Shown piece after piece: positions 1 to 9,920 of a stretch of DNA of 64,000 nucleotides. The position numbers were made by a program, and so were the translations under genes. The notes under the pieces were generated by a model that was given only the letters and a program-made list of their open reading frames with translations, had not been told where the DNA came from and did no database searches. Numbering within the stretch: position 1 is the first letter of the stretch; the number at the start of each line of letters is the position of its first letter. The DNA lies in contig CM059432.1 in assembly GCA_030390025.1 (NCBI GenBank), forward strand, positions 34,288,001 through 34,352,000, written 5' to 3'. The DNA is from Squalus acanthias. Taxonomy: Eukaryota.

Positions 1-221
1 CTCCTTTGATGTGGTTGACTCTAAACCATGTGCTACACTAACGTCAGTGACTGGGTGCAACATGAGTGTATTAGGTTTGATGAAAGACAAAGAGACCTGA
101 TGAATACTGTAGCTCAGTGAGGCTGTAATTCTTTACCGGATTGCCAGGAAATACACGACGACGAACCATAAAATCTGGACTATCGGTCGCAAAGGTGTAT
201 TAGTCACACATTTGAACCAAT

Positions 222-572
222 GAGTCAGAGCATGTGAGTTCAAATCCCATTGTGGCAGTTTGAGAATTTGATTTCAGATTTTAAAAGTCTGAAAATGAAA
301 TAAAAGTGACCATGAAGCTGTCGGATTGTCGTAAAAACCTTTCACTAATGTCCTTTAGGGAAGGACACCTGACTTCCTTACCCAGTCTGGCCGATATGTG
401 ACTCCAGTCCCACATCAAAGTGGTTGACTCTTAAATGCCCCCTGATGTTGGCCTAGCAAGCCACTCAGTTGTAAGAAGGAGGCCCACCGCCATCTTCTGA
501 GGGCAACTAGGGATGGGCAATAAATGCCAGCCTTTCCAGTGAGGCCCTCATCCCAAGAATGAATTAAAAAAA
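222..572 (+). mobile_element. Short SINE-like derivative of family A (B-box, central body, family A LINE 3' tail)
   Basis: GAGTTCAAATCC B-box; body 'ttcactaatgtcctttagggaagga...ggcctagcaagccactcagttgta' matches the family A 5' UTR and joins directly to the tail 'agggcaactagggatgggcaataaatgcc...gaattaaaaaaa'. Confidence 0.8.
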
Positions 573-632
573 TTGGGTTCCATATTAACCCCCTCACGAC
601 AGGTGGGAGATGGGTGGTGGGAGGGTTCAGAG

Positions 633-860
633 AATCATCGAATGGTTACAGCACAGAAGAAGGCTATTCGGCCCGTCGAGCCCATGCCAACTCTCAGCTA
701 GTCCCACTCCCCTGCCCTTTCTCCGTAGCCCTGCAAATTTTTTTCCTTCAGATACTTATCCAACTCCCTTTTGAAAGATAAGATTGAGTCTGCCTCCATC
801 ACCCTTTCAGGAAGTGCATTCCAGATCTTAAACACTCGCTGTGTAAAAAAGTTTTTTCTT
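633..860 (-). mobile_element. CR1 LINE 3' fragment
   Basis: C-terminal ORF2 peptide FFTQRVFKIWNALP...FKRELDKYL plus CR1 3' UTR. Confidence 0.85.
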
Positions 861-1057
861 ACGAGTGAAACATGCAAACGCTTCAACAGTAGTTTGCACT
901 TTCATCTCCCCCATCACCATCCGTCGCTCTCCTGGGCAATCGGCACATCACCCCTGTCTCTCTGCGGGAGAGCAACTTGGAGCAGATCAGTGATGTCTTG
1001 TTAGCCCATGGCTAAACTATCTGTCAAAGGGATGATGGTGGAAGGCAAAAAGGGGTG

Positions 1058-4000
1058 TTTTTTTTATTCGTTCATGGGATGTGGGCGTCGCTGGCAAGGC
1101 CAGCATTTTATTGCCAATCCCTAGTTGCTCTTGAGAAGGTGGTGGTGAGCGGCCTTCTTGAACCGCTGCAGTCCGTGTGGTGAAGGTACTCCCACAGTGC
1201 TGTTAGGGAGGCAGTTCCAGGATTTTGACCCAGCGACGATGAAGGAACGGCGATATATTTCCAAGTCAGAATGGTGTGTGACTTGGAGGGGAACTTGCAG
1301 GTGGTGGTGTTCCCATGCGCCTGCTGCCCTTGTCCTTCTAGGTGGTAGAGGTCACGGGTTTGGGAGGTACTGCCGAAGAAGCCTTGGTGAGTTGCTGCAG
1401 CGCATCTTATAGATGGTACACACTGCAGCCACGGTAAGCCGGTAGTGGAGGTTTAAGGTGGGGGATGGGATGCCAATCAAATGAGCTGCTTTGTCCAGGA
1501 TGGTATCAAGCTTCTTGAGTGTTGTTGGAGCTGCACTCATCCAGGTAAGTGGAGAGTATTCCATCACACTCCTGACTTGTGCCTTGTAGATGGTGGAAAG
1601 GCTTTGGGGAGTCAGGATGTGAGACACTCGCCACAGAATACCCATCCACTGACCTGCTCTTGTTGCCACAGTATTTATGTGGCTGGTCCAGTTAAGTTTC
1701 TGGTCAACAGTGACCCCCAGGATATTGATGGTGGGGGATTCGGTGATGGTAATGCCGTTGAATGTCAAGGGGTGGTGGTTAGATGCTCGCTTGTTGGAGA
1801 TAGTCATTGCCTGGGACTTGTGTGGCGTGAATGTTACCAGCCACTTATCAGCCCAAGTCTGAATGTTGTCAAGGTCTTGCTGCATGTGGGCATGGACTGC
1901 TTCATTATTTGAGGAGTTGCGAATGGAACTGAACATGGTGCAGTCATCAGCGAACATCCCCACTTCTGACTTTATGATGGAGGGAAGGTCATTGATGAAG
2001 CAGCTGAAGATGGTTGGGCCTAGGACACTGCCCTGAGGAACAGCTGCAGCGATGTCCTGGGGCTGTGATGATTGACCTCCAGCCACCACAACCATCTTCC
2101 TTTGTGCTAGGTATGACTCCAGCCAGTGGAGAGTTTTCCCTCTGATTCACATTGACTTCAGTTTTATTAGGGCTCCTTGATGTCATATTCGGTCAAATGC
2201 TGCCTTGATGTCAAGGGCAGTCACTCTCATCTCACCTCTGGAATTCAGCTCCTTTGTCCATGTTTGGACCAAGGCTGTAATGAGGTCTGGAGCCGAGTGG
2301 TCCTGGTGGAACCCAAACTGGGCATCAGTGAGCAGGTTATTGGTGAGTAAGTGCTGCTTGATAGCACTGTCGATGACACCTTCCATCACTTTGCTGATGA
2401 TTGAGAGCAGACTGATGGGATGCTGGTTGGTCGGATCGGATTTGTCCTGCTTTTTGTGGAAAGGACATACCTGGGCAGTTTTCCACATTGTCGGATAGAT
2501 GCCAGTGTTATTGTTGTACTGGAACAGCTTGGCTAGAGGCACAGCTAGTTCTGGAGCACAAATCTTCAGCATGACAGCCGGGATGTTGTCGGGGCCCATA
2601 GTCTTTGCTGTATCCAGTGCGCTCAGCCGTTTCTTGATATCACGTGGAGTGAATCGAATTGGCTGAAGACTGGCTTCTGTAGTGGTGGGTACCTGAGGAG
2701 GAGGCCGATATGGATCATCCACTCGGCACTTCTGGCTGAAGATGGTTGCAAACGCTTCAGCTTTGTCTTTTGCACTCACATGCTGGGCTCCACCATTATT
2801 GAGGATGGGGATATTCATGGAGCCTCCTCCTCCCGTTAGTAGTTTAATGGTCCACCACCATTCACGACTGGATGTAGCAGGACTGCAGAGCTTTGATCTG
2901 ATCCGTTGATTGTGGTATCACTTATAAACTCTTTCTATAGCATGCTGCTTCCACTTTTTAGCATGCATGTAGTTCTGTGTTGCAACTTCCCCAGGTTGGC
3001 ACCGCATTTTTAGGTACGCCTGGTGCTGCTCCTGGCATGCTCATCTACACTCCTCATTGAACCAGGGTTGGTCACCTGGCTTGATGGTAATGGTAGAGTG
3101 AGGGATATGCCGGGCCATGAGGTTACAGATTGTGGTGGAATACAATTCTGCTGCTGCTGATGGCCCACAGCGCCTCATGGATGCCCAGTTTTGAGTTGCT
3201 AGATCTGTTCTGAATCTATCCCATTTAGCACGGTGGTAGTGCCACACAACACGATGGAGGGTGTCCTCAGTGTGAAGACGAGATTTCGTCTTCACAATGA
3301 TTGTGCAGTGGTCACTGCTACCAATGCTGTCATGGATAGATAGATTGGTGAGGACAAGGTCAAGTAGGTTGTTCCCTCGTGTTGGTTCTCTCACCACCTG
3401 TCGCACCAGACTGGCAGCTATGTGCTCCAGGACTCGGCCAGTAGTGGTGCTACCGAGCCACTCTTGGTAATGGACATTGAAGTTGCCCACCCAGAGTACA
3501 TTCTGTGCCCTTGCTACTCTCAGTGCTTCTTCCAAATGGTATTCAACATGGAGGAGTACTGATTCATCAGCTGAGGGAGGGCAGTAGGTGGTAATCAGCA
3601 GGAGGTTTACTTGCCCATGCTTGATATGAGACTTCATGGGATCCGGAGTCAATGTTGAGCACTCCCAGGGCCACTCCTTCCCAACTGTCTACCACTGTGC
3701 CGCCACCCCTGACAGGACAGACCCAGGGATGGTGATGGAGGAGTTTGGGACATTGGCTGAAAGGTATGATTCTGTGAGTATGACTATGTCAGGCTGTTGC
3801 TTGACTAGTCTGTGGGATGGTTCTCCCAATTTTGGCAGAAGTCCCCAGATGTTGGTGAGGATGACTTTGCAGGGTTGACTGGGCTAGGTGTGCCATTGTC
3901 ATGTCTTTAGCCGGTGCCGATGCCGAGGTCAATGCCGGGTGGTCCGTCCGGTTTATTCTTATTGCTTTTCGTAGCTTTTTTTACAACTGAGCTTGCTAGG

Positions 4001-4281
4001 CCATTTCAGAGGGCAGTTAAGAGTCAACCACATTGCTGTGGGTCTGGAGCCACATATAGGCCAAACCAGGTAAAGATGACAGATTTCCTTCCCTAAAGGA
4101 CATTAGTGAACCAGATGGGTTTTTACAACAATCCGATAGTTACCATATTCCAGATTTATTTTATTAACTGAATTTAAATTCCCCAGCTGCCGTGGTGGGA
4201 TTTGAACTCATGTCTACTGGATCATTAGTCCAGGCCTTTGGATTACTAGTCCAGTAACATAACCACTATGCTACTGTTTCC
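1058..4281 (-). mobile_element. Family A LINE, full-length decayed copy 1 (tRNA-like head + APE endonuclease + RT, no ORF1; CR1-group)
   Basis: EN motifs TNIWGL, GNFNVH, LLDLVLTN, SDH; RT motifs ALDIKAAFD, PQGSVLGP, FADD; A8 tail at 1058-1065; splits a Penelope-derived fragment (1021-1057 / 4282-4480). Confidence 0.93.
4198..4273 (-). promoter_or_regulatory. Pol III type-2 internal promoter of family A copy 1
   Basis: A-box TAGCATAGTGG (4273-4263) fits TRGCNNARYGG; B-box GAGTTCAAATCC (4209-4198). Confidence 0.85.
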
Positions 4282-4765
4282 ATCATGGTAATGGGTGAAT
4301 AAAGAAAAAAAAGATGGGTCCAGAGGAGCTGTAAATGGCAATAGTAGAATCATTACCAGCGCCTGCTCTCCGAAAAAATTGGAGCAGTGGTTATGAACTG
4401 AAGTTGTTGAACTCACTGTTGAGGCCGGAAGGTTGTAAAGTGTCTAATTGAGCTTGCATTGAGCTTCATTGGAACAGTGTTTTCAGCCTCCTACACTGTT
4501 CCACTGTTTCTTTATTGTCCCATTATCACCCCCTTTTGCCTTGCACCATCATCCCTTTTGTCATTTAATCACGCCTGCCCTCCACCCTATCACAGACCTT
4601 CCTCTTGTTCTTTCCTCCCCCCACCACACCTTTTTTCCTTGGCTCTTTATTTGCTTATAAACTGTTAAATCTCTAACTTCTTCCAGTTCTGATGAAAGGT
4701 CATCTGTTTCTCTCTTCACAGATGCTGCCTGACCTGCTGAGTGTTTCCAGCATTTTCAGTTTTCA
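4282..4765. mobile_element. Penelope-like element remnant: inverted 3' ORF end (4282-4480, minus) and pseudo-LTR tail (4481-4765, plus)
   Basis: Minus strand encodes ...TLQPSGLNSEFNNF (end of a PLE ORF); plus part ends with 'ctgatgaaaggtca...agatgctgcctgacctgctgagt', also seen at 8560-8660. Confidence 0.65.
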
Positions 4766-5028
4766 TTCACCATTGCATCCGTGAAGTGGGCGCTTAAATA
4801 ATCAAGATGAAATTGCATCATGGGGGTCCGCATCATGCCCACTCACGCGCAGTGGAGACGCGAAACCCAGAAGTAAACTGAAAATGAGACATCCCTGTTG
4901 AAATCAGACATTCCCATGCACCCACGATCTTGCGTGTTTGTCGCCCGCTATTCCCCCGCCCCCCACTCCTGCAAATCCCTCCCCCCCACCCCCGCTCAGG
5001 TCCCGTCTCTACGTTACTATTGAGTCCA

Positions 5029-5322
5029 TTGGAGACACCAGCGGTGGCGGAGCATGAAACAGCGGCGACCTGATTGGAGACACCAGCGGCGGCGGAGCAT
5101 GAAACAGCGGCGACCTGATTGGAGACACCAGCGGCGGCGGAACATGAAACAGCGGCGACCTGATTGGAGACACCAGCGGCGGCGGAGCATGAAACAGCGC
5201 CGACCTGATTGGAGACACCAGCGGCGGTGGAGCATGAAACAGCGCCGACCTGATTGGAGACACCAGCGGCGGTGGAGCATGAAACAGCGGCGACCTGATT
5301 GGAGACACCAGCGGCGGTGGAA
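5029..5322 (+). repeat. 45-bp tandem repeat (about 6.5 copies) at the 5' end of a CR1 element
   Basis: Unit ttggagacaccagcggcggcggagcatgaaacagcggcgacctga, starts at 5029, 5074 etc. Confidence 0.95.
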
Positions 5323-5554
5323 CCCAAAAAATTAAGAGTGACATCACAGGACAGCAGGTAGGTGATTGGTTGGTGTGTATTAAGGTTTTTTTTTCTCTCT
5401 AACCTAGGACAGTGATTTAAACTAGGACCAGGAAACTATGACGTACTGTATTAAATTTATAGCTTAACTAGTTAACCTATTTAATATAACTATAAATAAT
5501 CATTGAATAAAGACTTTAACTAACTAAATAAATAAAATAAGGCGAGACTAAGAT

Positions 5555-6443
5555 ATGGCAGGGCAGATTGTGTGTCTGGACTGCAGTATGTGGGAGTTTG
5601 TGGACGGTGAGACTGTCCCGAGCAAACATGTCTGCAGGAGATGTCTCCATCTCGAATCGCTCCGGCTCAGAGTCATTGAGCTGGAGTGCGAGTTGGAGAC
5701 ACTCCAACACTTAAGGGAGGGGGAGGAATTTCTGGACAGTTTTATCCAGAATACAATCACACCCCAGAGGAAAGCACAGGTTCAGGAATGGGAGGGTGTG
5801 ACTGTTCGGGAGCCGGGTAGCGGGGATTTACGAGAGGTTGAGAAGGAGATCCCGCAGACACTGGTCCTGTCCAACAGGTACGATGTACTCGCTACCTGTG
5901 AGGACAAAGAGAAAGACTGCAGGGAGGACAGCCACAATGCAGACCAAGGCACCATGGCTCGGAAGGCTGTCCAAGGGGGAAGAGCAGAATAGAAATGTGG
6001 TAGTAATAGGAGACTCTATAATTAGGGGGATCGATAGCGTCCTCTGCAGCCAGGAACAAGAATCCCGCAGGGTGTGTTGCCTACCCGGTGCCAGGGTAAG
6101 GAATATCTCACGGCAGCTGGAGAGGAACTTGGAAAGGGAGGGGATAAATCCAGTTGTCGTGGTCCATGTTGGAACAAACAACATAAGTAGGACCTCAAAG
6201 GTAATAACGTCTGGATTATTGCCCGAGCCACGTGCAAATTGGCATAGAAGCAGACAGATCAGGAGAATTAACACATGGCTAAAGGGCTGGTGTGGGAAAG
6301 AGGGGTTCCTTTTCATGGGACACTCGCAACAGTTCTGGGACAGGAAAGAGCTGTCCCGATGGGACGGGCTCCACCTGAACCAGGATGTGACCTGTGTCCT
6401 AGTGAAAAGGGTAAATAGGGAGGTGGCAAAGGCTTTAAACTAG
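5555..6443 (+). pseudogene. CR1 ORF1 remnant: Cys zinc finger/coiled coil + SGNH esterase
   Basis: CLDC..CRRC followed by a leucine-rich helix; GDSI, GARV, GTNN, DGLHLN blocks; frameshift near 5980. Confidence 0.88.
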
Positions 6444-6626
6444 TAAGAAGCGGGGAGGGATCTACAAGAAATGTAAGCAGTCTAAATATAAACAAAACAG
6501 GAAAAGTGAGCATAGGAAAGAATAAAGTAAGGGAGGACATTGACATCAAGGGAGCAAATACAGTTATAGAACAGGAGTCTAAAAAGATGGTTGAACATAA
6601 AGTGAGAGGAAATCCTATTAAAGATG

Positions 6627-9369
6627 AGTTAAACTGTCTGTACAGCAATGCACACAGTGTCCGTAATAAAACAGGGGAGATGGAGGCAATCATGCGTTGG
6701 GAGGAACCAGACATAGTAAGGATTACTAAGATATGGCTACAGAAAAATTAGGACTGGGAATTAAACACTGCAGAGTATAACATATTTAGAAAAGATAGAG
6801 AGGGAAAAAGGGGGAGGTGGAGTAGCTGTACTTATTAGGGATAACATAATGGCAGTAGAAAAAAGGGACGTAGATATCAGCAAGACAAAAATAGAATCCA
6901 TATGGATGGAGATAAAAGATAATAAAGGATCAATCACACTAATAGGGGTAGTCTACAGACCACCTAATAGTGGAAGGGAGGTGGAGGAAGAAATATGCAG
7001 ACAAATTAGAGAAATTAGTAAAAAACATAGAATAATAATCATGGGGGATTTCAACTACACCGATATTAATTGGACAGAAGAGTTGGTAAAGGGGATAAGG
7101 GAATGGAGTTCCTACAATGTCTACAGGACTCCTTTCTAACCCAATATGTAAAAAGCCCAACAAGGGAGGATTCACTATTGGATCTAGTAATGGGGAATGA
7201 GCCAGAGCAGATAAGAGAAGTAAATTTAGGGGAGCATATAGGCAATAGTGACTGTAATATAATACGCTTTAAGATGATAATAGAGAAGGACATAAGTATG
7301 ACAAAAAACAGGTTAATAGATTGGAGAAAAGCTGATTTTGAGGGGCTGAGAATAGAACTTGGGAAGATAAAATGAGCAACAATATTGGCAAACAACGATG
7401 TAGAATGACAATGGGAAAAATTTAAAACGGTGTTCAACAGAGTGCAGAAAAAATATATTCCGCTAAAAGGAAAGAACAAACTAAACACTAATGAGACTCC
7501 ATGGATGAACAAAGACATAATTGAGGGTAAGGAAAGGGGCATACATTAAGTACATAGACAGCAGAGGAGTGCATGAAAAAGAAAAAATACGAAGGGATTA
7601 GGAGAGAAGTCAAAAAAACAATTAGGAAGGCAAAGAGGAACTATGAAATTAAATTATCAAGGAATAAAACAAAATAGTAAAATATTTTACAGGCACATCA
7701 ATAAAAAAAGGACGGTTGTGATGGGAATAGGGCTATTAAGGGATAGACAGGACAATACCACAGGTAACGATCGGGAGATGGCAGAAATATTAAATCATAA
7801 TTTTGCTTCTGTATTTACCAGGGAGATGACATTGATGATGAGATGAGATGAGTAATGTGATAATTGCATTTAAAGTTTTAAAAAGTGGATATATTAAATA
7901 AACTAATCAAACTCAGAGGATAAAAACCCCTAGTCCAGATAGATTGTATCCACGCATTTTAAAAGAATCTAGGGAAGGAATAGCAGAGGCATTACTACAC
8001 ATATTTAATAATTCATTAGAAAAAGGTGTAGTGCCAGAGGACTGGTGGATAGCTAATGTAATACCGATATTTAAGAAGGGGGATAGAACATGTCCAGGGA
8101 ATTATAGACCAGTCAGCTTAACATCGGTGGTAGGAAAATAATGGAATCCCTACTAAAGGAGAAAATAGAAGAACATCTAGAAACAAAAAGTATAATAATG
8201 AATAGTCAGCATGGATTTCAAAAGGGAAAATCTTGCTTGACCAACCTTATTGAATTTTTTGAAGCGGTAACAGAGAGAGTAGACAATGGTAATGCAGTAG
8301 ATGTAATTTATCTAGATTTTCAAAAGACCTTCGATAAGGTACCCCAAAATAGACTAATGAATAAGGTCAGAGAATGCAGAGTCAGGGGACAAGTAGCAGA
8401 ATGGATTGCTAGCTGGCTTCAAGACAGAAAGCAGAGAGTGGGAGTAAAGGTAAGCTATTCATAGTGGCAGAAGGTGGGTAGTGGTGTTCCACAAGGATCA
8501 GTGCTGGGACCACTGCTGTTCACAATTTACATGAACAATTTAGACAACTGGAAACTCTTTCCAGTTCTGACGAAAGGTCATCGACCTGAAACGTTAACTC
8601 TGTTTCTCTCTTCACAGATGCTGCCTGACCTGCTGAGTATCTCCAGCATTTTCTGTTTTTAAATGTGAAGTATTACAGTTTGGTAGGAAGAATAGGGAGG
8701 TCACTTATCACTTGGAGGGTGCGAGTCTAGGTGGGGCAGAGGAACAAAGGGATCTCGGAGTATAAATACACAAAACACTAAAAGTTGTGTCACAGGTTAG
8801 CAAGGCCATAAAAAAAGCAAACGAAGCACTAGGGTTTATTTCTAGAGGGATAGAATTGAAAAGTAGGGAAGTTATGCTAAACCTGTATTGAACCTTGGTT
8901 AGACCACACTTAAGAGTACTGCATACAGTTCTGGTCGCGGTATTATAAAAAGGATATAGAGGCACTGGAGAGGTTGCAGAGAAGATTTACAAGGACGATA
9001 CCAGGAATGCGAGGGTATACATATCAGGAAAAGATGAACAGGCTGGGTCTCTTTTCTATTGAAAAAAGAATGCTGAGGGGTGACCTAATAGAGGTCTTTA
9101 AAATTATGAGAGGTTTTGATAGAGTGGATACAGAGAGAATGTTTCCACTTGTGGGGAAGAGCATAACTAGAGGCCATCAATATAAGATAGTCACCAAGAA
9201 ATCCAATAGGGAATTCAGAAGAAACTTCTTTACCCAAAGAGTGGTGAGAATTTGGAACTCATTACCACAGGGAGAGGTTGAAGCAAATAGTATAGATGCA
9301 TTTAAGGGGAGGTTAGACAAGCATATGAGGGAGAAGGGATTAGAGGGTTACACTGATAGATTTAGATGA
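6627..9369 (+). pseudogene. CR1 ORF2 remnant (APE + RT), multiple stops and frameshifts
   Basis: CLYSNAHS, GDFNY, LLDLVMGN, NYRPVSLTS, QHGF, DFQKTFDKV, PQGSVLGP; FADD region lost at the 8546-8660 insertion. Confidence 0.9.
8546..8660 (+). mobile_element. Penelope-derived short insertion with a minimal hammerhead-like motif
   Basis: AGTT-CTGACGA-A-AGGTC-atc-GACCT-GAAACGTT-AACT at 8563-8599; 9-bp foldback AACTGGAAA/TTTCCAGTT at the 5' end. Confidence 0.7.
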
Positions 9370-9624
9370 GGAAAGACGGGAGGAGGCTCGAGTGGAGCAT
9401 AAATGCCGGCATGGACTGGTTGGGCCGAATGGCCTGTTTCTGTGCCGTATATCCTATGTAATCCATTGTTTTGCATTCAGGAGGTGATTTTCCTCCTCAC
9501 CACCTGAGCAGTGACCTGGCGTAACAGACTGCTCACCGTTGTAGAACCCATCCAATGTCCATTCGAATGGGATAATAATCGGGTAATCCACTCAGCCAGA
9601 TTCCCTTGCAGGCGGTGATGGTGA

Positions 9625-9845
9625 AAGTTTAGCAAATATATATTCACTTCCATTTTTAAAGTTACTATTGAATCTGCTTCTCGCACCCTTTCAGGTAATG
9701 CTTTCCAGATCATAGCAACTTGTTGTGTAAAAAAATTCTCCTCATCTGCCCTCTGGTACATTTGCCAATTATCTGTGTCCTCTGGTTACCAACCCACCCG
9801 CCAGTGAAAACAGTTTCTCCTTGTTTACACGATCAAAACCCCCCA
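9625..9845 (-). mobile_element. Old CR1 3' fragment
   Basis: NFFTQQVAMIWKALPERV peptide. Confidence 0.75.
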
Positions 9846-9920
9846 TATTCTGTATTCGGCCATGTTATAGCTGGCGTGGGCAAGCTATTGGGTGTCAGAA
9901 GTCTTTCATTTCCCAATATA

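Larger units (their letters stand above)
5029..9463 (+). mobile_element. Near full-length decayed CR1 LINE (ORF1 + ORF2)
   Basis: 5' repeat array, ORF1 and ORF2 remnants, 3' UTR ending atcctatgtaatcc. Confidence 0.92.

Noticed and set aside
1481..2498. Antisense ORFs over family A RT
   Set aside because: Short, with differing extents between copies, and explained by the codon bias of the sense frame.
4833..5347. Repetitive ORFs on both strands (15-aa period)
   Set aside because: By-product of the 45-bp tandem repeat.
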